Shown here piece after piece: positions 39,438-50,600 of a DNA stretch of 64,000 bases (its first letter is position 1; every line of letters begins with the position of its first letter). A model generated the notes under the pieces. The model saw only the letters and a program-made list of their open reading frames with translations, was not told where the DNA came from and ran no database searches. The stretch lies in the NCBI GenBank assembly GCA_000146465.1, contig CP001952.1; one strand, 5' to 3'. The position numbers and the translations under genes are program-made.

Positions 39438-39836
39438 ATGCCAAAGAATAAATATAACATCTTGGCAGAAAAGCCTCAGGATCCAAAGGATTCTCCAGCG
39501 AATGAGGAGAACTTGAGTCTTGCATTTGAGTCGTCCTTGATTCTTTCTGGAACAAAATATCCCGAACCTAGAACGAGAATTGCATTCAACTTCATATCTA
39601 CATGCGAGCATGGTGTGGTCAAGCTTTTCTTTGTCACAGTAACCCACGCCAAGTCAGATCAGGAGTACTATGGATTGGATGCATCGGATAACTGTGTGAT
39701 TGTCTCGTCGGACAAATTAGAGACCGGAAAGAGATATGAAATTTATGGGAGGCTTGAGGGCGGAACACCTAAAACCCTCCACTGTGTAGAGATCAGGGAG
39801 ATATGTTATAGAAGACTGTGCTACGAAATATTCTGA
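39438..39836 (+). CDS. hypothetical protein (132 aa)
   Basis: ORF only, possibly a small OB-fold protein. No confident family. Confidence 0.3.
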   Translation: MPKNKYNILAEKPQDPKDSPANEENLSLAFESSLILSGTKYPEPRTRIAFNFISTCEHGVVKLFFVTVTHAKSDQEYYGLDASDNCVIVSSDKLETGKRYEIYGRLEGGTPKTLHCVEIREICYRRLCYEIF

Positions 39837-39881
39837 GTCACTTAATTTACTTTCTTCAATAAATATATATGCAGAGGATGA

Positions 39882-40970
39882 CTATTTAGAGACAGGGCTT
39901 TTTTTAACCGTCCTTCTTGCTGTCGGCGGCGTCCTACCTCCCTTTTGGGTTTTTTTGATTATATTTCTTCCGGCCACTTCCCAGTTGGGGCCTGTTCCCC
40001 ATTTCGCCTCTCCCCCGTTGGTGTCCAAAATCCCCTTAAACTTGGATTTTATCATTCTAAGGAGATTTTTCGAGGAATCAAACTTGGTGTGCATCCATCC
40101 ATACCTTACACTCTTTTTAGGCTTTGAGTCCTTCTTCTCTTCTTGGCTATTTGACGATTCTTCATTTTTGTTACTCTCACCCTTGCTTGCACATTCCTCC
40201 TTGATCTTTGGAGTGGATAGGCCCTCGATTTCTATCACCATCTTCCTTCGGGTACCCTCGTCTTCAGACTGTTTGCTCTTTTCGTCGTCAAAGCTTTCTT
40301 CCTCATGGCCCTTTGCGGAGCACTTCCCCGAATCCTTTTTGTGTTCCTTCCCAACCACACTTGAGTAGGCGTCCTCGTTCTCCTCCGACATCCCAAGACC
40401 TCGTTCCTCAAGCCTGTGGGGATCCGTAGTCGTGGATAGCATTATTTCCTTCTCAATCTTCTTTGCCATCGAGAGCTTTCTCTTGTACGATTCTGAGTTC
40501 TTGTCAAGGACCTCCATGTACTCCGACTCGTCAAACTTATTGTCTATGTTGAAGAGCTTTGAGTTTGCTTCAAATTGGTTCCAGTCCTTGCTTCCTTCCT
40601 CTGAAAATCTTTCAAGAGTTGCAGATTCGTTTGGGGGAGTTGGAGGAGGAGCAGTTACCTCGACCGCTCTGGATATCTGAGAATCTGTTTTGAACGAATC
40701 CCAAGATGAAGTCTCCTTTCCTTTGCTGGCCTTCTCCGTCGTCTCCAAGGGAATGCTCTTGTCTTCACTCTTCTCTCTTACACCCTCATTTGTCTTCTTC
40801 ACCGTGATTATGTCACTTTCGGAAATAGAGATTGTAGGAAACACAATCCCAGGGTTCATCTCGAAAAATGCATTCTCCAGCTTCACCATTCCATCTTCGT
40901 TCGAAAGAAATGTACCTATCATTCTGCTTGGGTTGTTCTTGAAGCATATAGCAATCGTGTAATTATCCAT
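39882..40970 (-). CDS. ataxin-2/Pbp1 homolog (Lsm plus LsmAD domains, Ser/Glu-rich tail)
   Basis: The LsmAD signature DWNQFEANSKLFNIDNKFDESEYMEVLDKNSESYKRKLSMAKKIEKEI...DPHRLEERGL matches ataxin-2 WDQF..NE.LFG..STFDE..YTT.L......Y..RE..A.RIAREIE...N.HLAEERG. An N-terminal Lsm-like fold precedes it. Confidence 0.55.
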   Translation of the reverse strand: MDNYTIAICFKNNPSRMIGTFLSNEDGMVKLENAFFEMNPGIVFPTISISESDIITVKKTNEGVREKSEDKSIPLETTEKASKGKETSSWDSFKTDSQISRAVEVTAPPPTPPNESATLERFSEEGSKDWNQFEANSKLFNIDNKFDESEYMEVLDKNSESYKRKLSMAKKIEKEIMLSTTTDPHRLEERGLGMSEENEDAYSSVVGKEHKKDSGKCSAKGHEEESFDDEKSKQSEDEGTRRKMVIEIEGLSTPKIKEECASKGESNKNEESSNSQEEKKDSKPKKSVRYGWMHTKFDSSKNLLRMIKSKFKGILDTNGGEAKWGTGPNWEVAGRNIIKKTQKGGRTPPTARRTVKKSPVSK

Positions 40971-41010
40971 CTGCTCCTAAGGGCTTTTGCACTAGAGTTT
41001 ATTTCTTTTC

Positions 41011-42327
41011 ATGAAGAGACCGATAATAAACATCTTCTCCCCATACTCCATGGATGCAAGCTTCTATAGTCTACAAAAGGCCCTTGGAAAAAAAGGGATT
41101 CCAGAGTTTCCATCTCTTCTACCACACCAGCTCAGAGATCTCGAAACAACTTGCTGCTTAGGGGATTTTTACGAAAAGGTCATCTGTGAGGTTTCTCGAG
41201 ATAACAATTTGATTCCAATCCTTTCGTTTGTGACTGGACTCCCTATTGAGATCGATATAAAGGAAGTCGAAAAGCTCTTGGCAGAATACAAGCCTGTAAA
41301 GGGCGAGTTTTTCCGGGCCGGCCAGCACCTCCACCCTCTCCTTCCGGAAAAGGACGGATATCCGGACTTTGTAACAGGAAGTGGTAAGAAGATTGCCAAG
41401 AAAGAGCAGAGAGATAAGAACGAAGTGGATGGAGAGTGTAACGTAGAAAGCTACATAGTGGATAGGATTCGGAACGAAATTCTCGAAAAGGTGATGGACA
41501 TTGGATGGGATGATATCATCGGACTAAAGGATGTTAAGAAAACCATCAACGAGATTGTTCTTTGGCCCATGCAGCGTCCAGATCTGTTTACTGGCCTTCG
41601 GGGCCCCCCAAAGGGGCTTCTTCTTTTCGGACCTCCTGGAACAGGAAAGACTATGATAGGAAAATGCATTGCAAGCCAGTGCAAGGCAACTTTCTTTTCG
41701 ATAAGTGCTTCATCTTTGACCTCGAAGTGGGTTGGAGAGGGAGAAAAGATGGTCCGGGCGCTGTTCTATCTAGCAAGGTCAATGCAGCCATCGGTTGTTT
41801 TTATCGACGAGATTGACTCACTCCTTTCTCAGAGAAGCGACAACGAGAACGAAGGAAGCAGGAGAATCAAGACAGAGTTTCTGGTCCAGTTTGATGGAGC
41901 ATCAACTTCCAATTCCGACCGAATACTAGTGATCGGCGCAACAAACAGGCCCCACGAGATAGACGAAGCTGCAAGACGCAGGTTGGTGAAGAGAATTTAT
42001 GTTCCTCTGCCCGAGCATCTGGGCAGGAGGCAAATGATAGAGCATCTGATCAGAGATTACAGAAACATCCTCGGGCCCCAAGAATTCGATGAAGTTGCAG
42101 GAATGACAGAGGGATACTCTGGATCTGATATCTTTAATCTATGCAGAGAGGCTTCCCTAGAACCTTTGAGGGAAATCGATGACATCAAAGACTTCAAGAA
42201 TGAAGACACAAGGCCTATTTCCCTCGAAGACTTTAAGAAGGCTACAAGGCAGATAAAGAAAAGTGTTTCCGAAAGAGATCTTGAGATCTATTCCGACTGG
42301 AATTCTAAGTTCGGGTCTGTTTCATAG
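41011..42327 (+). CDS. meiotic-clade AAA ATPase (katanin p60/fidgetin/Sap1-like)
   Basis: [61 protein letters not shown], plus a C-terminal helix. No MIT domain seen. Confidence 0.7.
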   Translation: MKRPIINIFSPYSMDASFYSLQKALGKKGIPEFPSLLPHQLRDLETTCCLGDFYEKVICEVSRDNNLIPILSFVTGLPIEIDIKEVEKLLAEYKPVKGEFFRAGQHLHPLLPEKDGYPDFVTGSGKKIAKKEQRDKNEVDGECNVESYIVDRIRNEILEKVMDIGWDDIIGLKDVKKTINEIVLWPMQRPDLFTGLRGPPKGLLLFGPPGTGKTMIGKCIASQCKATFFSISASSLTSKWVGEGEKMVRALFYLARSMQPSVVFIDEIDSLLSQRSDNENEGSRRIKTEFLVQFDGASTSNSDRILVIGATNRPHEIDEAARRRLVKRIYVPLPEHLGRRQMIEHLIRDYRNILGPQEFDEVAGMTEGYSGSDIFNLCREASLEPLREIDDIKDFKNEDTRPISLEDFKKATRQIKKSVSERDLEIYSDWNSKFGSVS

Positions 42328-42747
42328 ACCAACTGGTGAGTCGAACAAGTCGAGATCGAGCTTTACAGTCTGATAGCTTTGGCCCTCTATCGTGTGGTCT
42401 TTTTGTGCACCTGAAAACAAGAAGATAGACTTCCTGTTGGCTATGCAAGCCTGCCTTAGGAATTCGTGCTCAAAGTCATTAAATTCAAAATCCAGCAATA
42501 TAAACATGTTGAAGTTTCCCAGATGGTCAACAATCACCTGAAATGGCTCTTCTGTCACAACGATTTTTACTCGGCCTCTGCACATCCTCAACAGCTTAAA
42601 TGGAGGCACAGTCCCAGGCTTTCTATGCACAACCAGTGTAGAATCAAAATATGGAAGGAAAGAGTATATTCTGTCAAAACTCTTTTCAATCGGAGTATAT
42701 TGGAATCTTACGTATCCGTGGGAAATCTGTTTTAGAAAATCCTCCAT
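42322..42747 (-). CDS. hypothetical protein (141 aa from MEDFLKQ)
   Basis: ORF. The start is taken at the internal Met because the longest ORF (to 42984) would overlap the POT transporter start on the other strand. Confidence 0.3.
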   Translation of the reverse strand: MEDFLKQISHGYVRFQYTPIEKSFDRIYSFLPYFDSTLVVHRKPGTVPPFKLLRMCRGRVKIVVTEEPFQVIVDHLGNFNMFILLDFEFNDFEHEFLRQACIANRKSIFLFSGAQKDHTIEGQSYQTVKLDLDLFDSPVGL

Positions 42748-42828
42748 CTGGCCTATATAAGCTCGAGGCCTCAACCTAAAGATGATATAGAAAACAAAAC
42801 TTGTTTCAAGACAGAGATAAAATACTTT

Positions 42829-44268
42829 ATGAACACCACAACAATGAATAGAACAACCCTGTTCCTCATAATATGCAATGAATTCTGCGAGCGGTTCTGC
42901 TTCTACGGTCTGAAGTCCCTTCTCTTTTCTTTTGCAAAAACAGAGTACAACTTCTCCATAAAGGCCTCGACCATGATCCTCCATTTCTTCATTTCCATGA
43001 GCTATCTGTTCACTCTTCTTGGAGCACTTCTTGCAGACAGGTTCTTGGGACGATACAACACTATCCTGGTGCTTAGTCCTCTATACCTTACAGGAACTTC
43101 CATCCTCACTTACTGCTCCGTTGTCTCGGGGTCCCCTTGGGTCCTGATGGCAAGCCTGGCCATGGTGGCTGTTGGCACAGGGGGGATCAAACCCTGTATT
43201 GCTACATTTGGTGGAGACCAGTTTGGTCCCAACGAAGCGGAAGGCCTGAGAAAGTTCTTTGACATCTTTTACTTTGTTATAAACATTGGCAGCATGGTCT
43301 CCATGATGCTCGTCCCTGCCATGTCAAACGTCGCTTGCCTTGGGAAGCTGTCTTGCTATCCTCTGGCATTTGGAATGTCGAGTGCATTGCTTGGAGCCTC
43401 CATATTTTTATTTGTTGCTGGAGAAAAGCTTTACGTCATCAAGCCAGCAAGAAAAGAACAATTTTCAAATGAGTTTCGTTTCTTGGTGGAGAACTTGAAG
43501 AGCTTATTCCAAAAAAGGCCTGAAAGCTGCGAGGAGCAAACTCAGGAAAGTGGGAAGACAGCTGCAGAGGCCGTCTCCGCATCACATTCGCAAGATACAA
43601 AAAAAAGGATTTGGAAGATACTCAAGATCTTGGGGCCGGCAATGTTCTTCTGGACACTTAGCGATCAGCAGTCCTCCTCATGGGTGGAACAGGGCCAGAA
43701 GATGGGTATACGCCAAAGCATATTTGGCTATGGAGTAGATATCCTTCCCTCCCAGATGCAGGCCCTCAATCCTATATTTATTCTTTTCTTCATACCTATA
43801 TTTTCAGGATTTGTCTATCCGCTGCTTGGATGGCTTGGAGTCTTCTCCTCTCGAGAAGACAAGATGGGGCTTGGGATTGTATTTGGATCTCTTGCCTTCT
43901 TCTATTCTGGATATCTGGAGCATCGGATAGTTCAGCTTGTATCTTCGGAAGAGAAGCTGTCGATCCTATGGCAAGTACCTCAATATGCCATAATGACGGT
44001 TGGAGAAATAATGTTGAATGTGACTGGAATGGAGTACATGTATGTCGAGGCTCCAGAGACAATGAAGTCTCTAGCCCTATCCATGTGGCTCTTGGCTGTG
44101 GCTGTAGGAAACCTCCTAATTATGGCACTGACATTTCTAGACCCAATCTCTCTGCTTTCCTCTCATCGCCATGACATGTGGAGCTTTGCAATGTACGGAG
44201 CCCTAGGACTTGTAGCGTCCAGTTATATGTTCAAGACTTCAAGATCAAACCGCAACTCCAAAGGATAG
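42829..44268 (+). CDS. proton-dependent oligopeptide transporter (POT/PTR2 family, MFS)
   Basis: About 12 predicted TM helices, GALLADRFLGRYNTIL (PTR2-type motif) and FYFVINIGS. Confidence 0.75.
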   Translation: MNTTTMNRTTLFLIICNEFCERFCFYGLKSLLFSFAKTEYNFSIKASTMILHFFISMSYLFTLLGALLADRFLGRYNTILVLSPLYLTGTSILTYCSVVSGSPWVLMASLAMVAVGTGGIKPCIATFGGDQFGPNEAEGLRKFFDIFYFVINIGSMVSMMLVPAMSNVACLGKLSCYPLAFGMSSALLGASIFLFVAGEKLYVIKPARKEQFSNEFRFLVENLKSLFQKRPESCEEQTQESGKTAAEAVSASHSQDTKKRIWKILKILGPAMFFWTLSDQQSSSWVEQGQKMGIRQSIFGYGVDILPSQMQALNPIFILFFIPIFSGFVYPLLGWLGVFSSREDKMGLGIVFGSLAFFYSGYLEHRIVQLVSSEEKLSILWQVPQYAIMTVGEIMLNVTGMEYMYVEAPETMKSLALSMWLLAVAVGNLLIMALTFLDPISLLSSHRHDMWSFAMYGALGLVASSYMFKTSRSNRNSKG

Positions 44269-44395
44269 TTCCAAATAGACTCAAGAGTCTGGCTGGTGCA
44301 AGATAGACTATTGCCATCCGAAAAAGGTTATTGGCTTTTAGGAGAAGAAAGGGCCTGGGCCCTAAGGAGATCTAAAAATTAAGCCAACCCATAAA

Positions 44396-44937
44396 ATGAT
44401 GAGAACAACATTCAAGACTCTATGCCTTCTTCTCACCAACATCTTGTTGCTACTATCCAGCTGTGTTCTCGGAGCACTAATATCCTCAATCCCAAACTCC
44501 AAAAGCATATACAAGAATGCAAATATACAGATCACTTACATGCTCCTTCTTGCAAATGCAGGCCTTTCTCTTTTTACTTTTGTGATAGTTCAGAACCTCA
44601 ACGATGTATTTCTTCACAGGGCAAGGTCTCCAAGAGGTGTTGAGACGAAGATGAAGATCCAATGGATAATTCTCTCGATAGTGACGTTTTTTTTCGGGGT
44701 CTTCCACTTGCCACTAATTACATCCAACACAGAGAAGTTTCTCAAAATGGACATCATGGCCTTAATGACTGCCACGATCTTAGCTCTACAAGTAAGTGAA
44801 AAAGTTAATTTTAGATTGTTATGCTCTTCATTGTATACTCCATGCATCCAGACTTGTTTGGAATCAAGTATAACCGAGAGATTCGGAACTATGTGGAAAG
44901 ACTTGAAGCAGAGTCTAGTAGGGAAAACAGGATGTGA
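44396..44937 (+). CDS. hypothetical multi-pass membrane protein, probably spliced as join(44396..44791,44815..44937)
   Basis: Four hydrophobic helices. GTAAGTGAAAAAGTTAATTTTAG at 44792..44814 has the same architecture as the two PGS1 introns. The spliced reading continues with a hydrophobic helix (IVMLFIVYSMHPDLFGI). The unspliced ORF would instead run to 45007. Confidence 0.45.
44792..44814 (+). other. candidate spliceosomal intron (23 nt), phase 0
   Basis: Shares the GTAAGTG 5' end and a TTAATTT element 2-3 nt before the AG with the introns at 21846 and 22284. Confidence 0.5.
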
Positions 44938-45046
44938 CAGCAGGCTTTTACAAACAATATCCTTTAAGAATAAACTTCGTTTTACTCCTATTTACAGGAA
45001 CTTTTAGAAAGAGAAGATCCGAGGCTTTATTGGATAAACACATACT

Positions 45047-45295
45047 TTAGGTACTATGCTTCTCATCCATTTTCCTCTTTATCTTTGATAGGAAGTCACG
45101 ACACTTGAGAAGATCGCTCACCGGTAACCTGAAGGAGTTCCGGTCCATCTCTCTCATCACAGTACGTATCTTCTTTCCAATGTTCATTCTGTACTTTTCC
45201 TCTCTTACTCCAAAGTCCTCCCCACAGGTCCCTATCAATGCCATTTGGGAATTCAGTGTCATGAAGTTGTTGTGGCTCATCATGTTAAACTGCAA
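45047..45295 (-). CDS. hypothetical small protein (82 aa)
   Basis: ORF only, bounded by neighbouring genes. Confidence 0.3.
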   Translation of the reverse strand: MQFNMMSHNNFMTLNSQMALIGTCGEDFGVREEKYRMNIGKKIRTVMREMDRNSFRLPVSDLLKCRDFLSKIKRKMDEKHST

Positions 45296-45546
45296 ATAAA
45301 ACTTTTTATTTATATTTTCGTCGCAGAGATTACTGCCGTTTCCAACAAATGAAGAATATTTGTTTTAGACCAAATTAAATATTGTTTTTGGCCTTAAAAA
45401 ATTTCCAAATTAAATCTACAATCTCCCGCCATCGCAAACGTGCTATACCTGTTAATTAAACGAACTCCCACATTCCCCTCTCTAAGCAATTGGTTCTCTA
45501 TTTTTACGCATTAGAGAAAATATAATTCTCTCCATCAAAACAAAAG

Positions 45547-46407
45547 ATGTTTGCTATTTCTTTGATATTTGTGGCTCTTGCCATTGCTTACTTTGCTGTA
45601 AGACTCGGCACCACACATGAAATAAAGAATAAAAAAATTCTAGTAATCGGAGGTAGCAGCGGACTTGGCCTGGCCTTTGCTCGTGTGTTGAAAAAGGAAG
45701 GAAACAACGTCACAATAACATCAAGATCAATGGAAAGACTCGTGCCACTTGGAAAGAAATGGGGCTTTGAAACCAAGGTACTGGATATAAATGTTGTAGG
45801 CGGGCAGGAATCCACAGACTTCGACTACATATTCTGCTGTCCAGGTGTCTCATATCCTGCATACTTTGTCGACCAACCGCTTGAAACTTTTCAGGATACG
45901 ATGAGTACAAACTACCTAGGGACTGTTGCCATGCTGAAGCACTACGCAGAAGTTAACAAAAAGCCTTTTAAGTTTGTCATGATAGGATCGACACTTGTTC
46001 TACTTACATTTCCTGGGTTTTCTTCATACTCCCCAACAAAGACTGCTCTCCTTTCGCTCTTCTGTACTGTTCGTGATGAAATGGAGAGGCAAGGAGTGGA
46101 GCTCTATCTTTACAATACGGCATCCATCCTGACTCCGGGCTTTGAGAGAGAAAACAAGACAAAGCCTTCATACACAAAGGCCATTGAAGAGATGGTCCCT
46201 CCATCCTCGGCTGAGGAGAGGGCTGTAGCATTTCTGATTGGGATGAAAAAGAGAAGAATGGTGGCATCGGATGTCTTCACATACTTGTGCCAAATAAGAT
46301 TTGAATGTGAATGTCTTATCGACTACATCCTATTCCCTGTTTCTGTTGCCGTTGTATTTATTGTGCGGGCTTATGTGAAATGGAGGTTCATGGCCGAGAA
46401 AATGTAG
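45547..46407 (+). CDS. short-chain dehydrogenase/reductase, 3-ketodihydrosphingosine reductase-like
   Basis: N-terminal TM, ILVIGGSSGLGLAFARVL (NAD(P)-binding TGxxxGxG), a catalytic Y-x3-K region (SYSPTKTAL) and a C-terminal TM, as in KDSR/Tsc10. Confidence 0.55.
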   Translation: MFAISLIFVALAIAYFAVRLGTTHEIKNKKILVIGGSSGLGLAFARVLKKEGNNVTITSRSMERLVPLGKKWGFETKVLDINVVGGQESTDFDYIFCCPGVSYPAYFVDQPLETFQDTMSTNYLGTVAMLKHYAEVNKKPFKFVMIGSTLVLLTFPGFSSYSPTKTALLSLFCTVRDEMERQGVELYLYNTASILTPGFERENKTKPSYTKAIEEMVPPSSAEERAVAFLIGMKKRRMVASDVFTYLCQIRFECECLIDYILFPVSVAVVFIVRAYVKWRFMAEKM

Positions 46408-46444
46408 ACTGTGAAAAATGTTTGCCGAAAAGTAAATGGTAGCT

Positions 46445-47125
46445 TCAATTGAATTTAATCGATCCGTCAGACATAACACATAGTTTTTTGTTTCCAAGAG
46501 CAATCTCCTCAAATAGCTTGTTGACTGTTCCCCAGTTCACAACATTCCACCACTTTTCTACATATTCGGCCCTTGCACTCTTATACTTCAGGTAGTATGC
46601 ATGCTCCCATACATCCAAGCCAAGTATCGGAATTGTGTTTGAGGTTTTCATACATATCGAGTCCTGGTTATGTGTCTTTCTGATAACAAGAATACCCTCG
46701 CTCTGTCTGTAGCATATCCACACCCATCCCGAGCCAAATAAAGACACTGCAGCACTATTGAATTCCTCAACCATCTTCTCATAGGATCCAAAGGACTTAT
46801 TAATATACTCCTGGAGAGTCGGACTTATGGGATCGCTAGTTCCAGGAGGACACATCATCTTCCAGAACAGGCTATGGTTGTAGTGTCCTCCAGAGAAGTT
46901 TGATATGTCTCTTCTTACACTACTTCGAACTCCCACAATTCCCCGGCTCTTTGTAACACAGTAGTTGAGGCTTCTCCCCTTAATGTTGTTACTCTGGAGT
47001 GTCTTTTCGAGATTGTTGATGTATCCCTGGTGGTGCTTTGTATGGTGAATCTTCATTGTTTCTGCATCGATAAAGGGCTCAAGTGCATCATATGGATAGT
47101 CGAGTTCCGGAAGTTTAAATTCCAT
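46445..47125 (-). CDS. SOD2: Mn/Fe superoxide dismutase
   Basis: LPELDYPYDALEPFIDAETMKIHHTKHHQGYINNL and GLDVWEHAYYLKYKSARAEYV are diagnostic. Confidence 0.85.
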   Translation of the reverse strand: MEFKLPELDYPYDALEPFIDAETMKIHHTKHHQGYINNLEKTLQSNNIKGRSLNYCVTKSRGIVGVRSSVRRDISNFSGGHYNHSLFWKMMCPPGTSDPISPTLQEYINKSFGSYEKMVEEFNSAAVSLFGSGWVWICYRQSEGILVIRKTHNQDSICMKTSNTIPILGLDVWEHAYYLKYKSARAEYVEKWWNVVNWGTVNKLFEEIALGNKKLCVMSDGSIKFN

Positions 47126-47217
47126 GGGTATCTCATCTGGAACAATTTAGAAGTCCTCCTCTCTAAATATTGCATGCCAGAGGCCTTCACCATAAAAGGA
47201 ATATGAGAAGGAACTCC

Positions 47218-47556
47218 ATGTATATACAAATACCCAGGGACCCGAGAACAGACAGAACCTCGTTTATAGTATCGATGCCTGAGCAGATGAAAGGGAAGAT
47301 CGAAAGCCAGAAGTGGGAGGAGATAGTATCTGGGCTGAACAATATATTCTACGAACTTGAGTCTCCATCCTTGATGTCTTTTATCAAAACCGTGTTTATT
47401 ATTCCATTTCTGGTAGGGAGTCCAAAAAATGTCTTCGTAAGGGTTGAGGAATATCTATCGGATGCAAACAAGCTTTTGGGGAAGCACGGACTCCGCATAG
47501 TCCATCCGGGGAATCACCAGTATGTTGAGCTTGAGGTGGAGATCTATCAAGATTGA
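47218..47556 (+). CDS. Erf4/GOLGA7-like palmitoyltransferase accessory subunit
   Basis: MYIQIPRDPRTDRTSF...MPEQMKGKIESQKWEEIVSGLNNIFYELE parallels GOLGA7 [45 protein letters not shown]. The C-terminal LRIVHPGNHQYVELEVEIYQD parallels [21 protein letters not shown]. The ORF starts further upstream at 47170. Confidence 0.5.
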   Translation: MYIQIPRDPRTDRTSFIVSMPEQMKGKIESQKWEEIVSGLNNIFYELESPSLMSFIKTVFIIPFLVGSPKNVFVRVEEYLSDANKLLGKHGLRIVHPGNHQYVELEVEIYQD

Positions 47557-47638
47557 TGGCTGGACTCTGGATGGGCTGGAGATGGAATATCTTTAATGTG
47601 CCTTGATCTATAATTATAATTTTTTCTGATCCTCAGGA

Positions 47639-50600
47639 ATGTACAAGAAGAATGCCAACTTTGTTGAGTGCGAAGAAGAGGTACTTGAATATTGGAAAAG
47701 TAGAAGGTGCTTTGAAAGGGCATGTGAGATGAGTAAGGGCAGGAAGAAGTTCACCTTCTACGATGGTCCTCCGTTTGCAACAGGACTGCCACACTACGGC
47801 CACATCCTTAGCGGGACAATCAAGGATACTGTTACAAGATTCTTCTACCAACAGGGGTATGATGTGGACAGGAGGTTTGGATGGGATTGCCACGGTCTTC
47901 CTGTTGAGTATGAGATTGACAAGAAGTTGGGTATAAGTAGTAGAGATGAGGTTTTGAAGATGGGAATCGACAAGTACAACAAGGAGTGCAGAGGAATTGT
48001 GATGAAGTATAGCAGTGAATGGGAGAAGGTTGTGGAGAGGCTGGGACGATGGATAAGTTTTGAGAATGGGTATAAGACTATGGACAAGACGTTTATGGAA
48101 AGTGTGTGGAACATCTTCAAGGAGCTTTTTAACAGGGGGCTAGTGTACAGAGGGTTCCGAGTGATGCCTTTTTCTACGGCATGCTCGACGCCTCTGAGTA
48201 ACTTCGAGTCCAACCAAAACTACAAGGACGTCAGCGACCCATCTGTTCTTATTGCCTTTCCTCTTCTCAAGCCTTTTGAGGGTTACAAGCTATCTCTGGT
48301 TGCATGGACAACCACTCCCTGGACACTGCCGTCGAACTGTGCACTTGTGGTGAACCCCGAGTTTTCGTACGGAATCTTCGAAGAGAAGCAGAAGTTCTAC
48401 CTGATGCATGTTAATAGAGTTGAAGAATATTTCAAGGATGCCAAGATTCTGAAGAGGATTTCAGGAAGCGAGCTTGAAGGTCTTGAGTATGAACAACCGT
48501 TTCCTTATTTTGAGGAGTATAGGAAGAAGGGGTTTTTCCGAGTCTATGGATCTGGATTTGTCACGGATACAGATGGAACAGGGATTGTTCACTCTGCACC
48601 TGGATTTGGGGAGAGCGACTACAACGTGTTTGTCGAGAAAGGACTAATACGTGAGAACGACCTTGTTCCCTGTCCTGTTGATGAGAACGGGAGATACACA
48701 AGTGAGGTAAAGGACTATGCAGGGAAGTATGTCAAAGACTGCGATAAGGCCATTCTTTTGGACATCAAGGACAAGGTCCTCTTGAACCAAAGGATAGTGC
48801 ACAAGTATCCGTTCTGCTGGAGATCTGACACACCTCTTTTATACAAGCTTGTTCCAAACTGGTTTGTCAGGGTTAAGGACCACGTGGATTCTCTTTTGAG
48901 AAACAACGAGGAAATAAATTGGGTACCTCCGGACATAAAATACAAGAGATTCCACAACTGGCTGGAGAATGCAAGAGACTGGTCGGTCTCAAGAAACAGG
49001 TTTTGGGGAACACCTATTCCCTTGTGGACCACTCTCGACTACAAGGATGTAATATGTGTGGGGTCTGTGGAAGAGCTTGAAAGACTGAGTGGAAGGAAGA
49101 TTGATGACATCCACAGGGAGTTTATTGATGACATTGTCATACACAAGGATGGGAAGGAGTACAGAAGAGTTGAGGAGGTTCTTGACTGCTGGTTTGAAAG
49201 CGGAAGCATGCCTTATGCACAAGACCACTGGCCATTCAAGGAGAGGCTAGAAGCAGGCCTTAAGAACCTCTCTGTGGAAGAAGGAAAGGAAGGAAAACTT
49301 GTGAAGGAGAACTTTCCGGCCGACTTTATTGGAGAAGGAGTCGACCAAACAAGAGGATGGTTCTATACTCTTCATGTGGTGTCTTCGCTTCTATTTGGGC
49401 AACCGGCATTCCTCAATGTGATTGTCAACGGAATAGTGCTTGCAGAGGATGGGCGAAAGATGAGCAAAAGGCTGAAGAACTACCCAGATCCTTCTGTTAT
49501 ATTCAACACCTATGGTGCAGACTCTCTCAGAATGTATCTGATATCAAGTCCTGTTGTTGAGGCGGAAAATCTAAAGTTCAATGAGAACGGGGTCAAGGAG
49601 GTTTTGAAGACATTGATTATTCCATGGTACAATTCTTTAGGATTCTACCTTGAAAACAGGCATTTGGAGCCCCGGGGAGAACGTCTACTTATGGACGACT
49701 GGATAAGAACAACATTTGACAATTTCACTGTGTCTTTGACCGACAAAATGAAGAGATATGAGCTTTCTTCGGTGCTTTCTTTGGCACTAAGATTTGTCGA
49801 TGACCTATCCAACTGGTACATCAGGATGCACAGAAAAGAAATAAGGGCAGGCCATCATACTGTTCTTGGAGATACACTCCGGAAGTTCTCCATAGTGATG
49901 GCCCCATTTACTCCTTTTTTCAGTGAGTACTCCTATCAATCGATTAATCCTGGAGAGAGTGTCCATTTCCAGCAGTATCCGGTATGCAAAAGTGGAATCC
50001 ATCCCTTTGAGACGGCCAAGAGCATTATAACTGCAGTGAGACGTCTTAGGGAAATGAACTCGATATCTCTGAAGACTCCGCTCAAAAGCGCCACGTTGAT
50101 AAGTAGTACCGAATTATATCAGAAAATCAGGGATTATATGGATTTAATCAAGTCGGAGTGCAATGTCCTGGAGCTGCTCCATAAGGAAGAAGGAAAGTCT
50201 ATGTTCGACATTACGGTGAAGCCCAACTTCCAGAATCTGAAAAAGAACAAAGATACCATGAAGAGAAAAATGGAGCTTATCCGAAAGTTAACAAGTGATG
50301 AGGCATATGTCCTTTTAAGCTCGTCTCTGAATATGGAAGGCCTTGAGATCCTTCAAGACGACGTATTGATTGTGAAGAAAATCAAACATGCAGAGGGTAT
50401 CTCCCAGGAGTTTGGAGACTTCAGTATAGCCATTGATAACACTCTGAACGAGGACATAGTTGAAATGAAGGTTGCAAGGGAATTCCACAGCTATGTTCAA
50501 AAGCTAAGAAAGAGCATGGGCCTAAGCATCAGTGACGATGTGGTGGTGGATGTTGAGTGCTCTGATCTAAAGAGTATTGTGGGAAAGCACTTCGATATCT

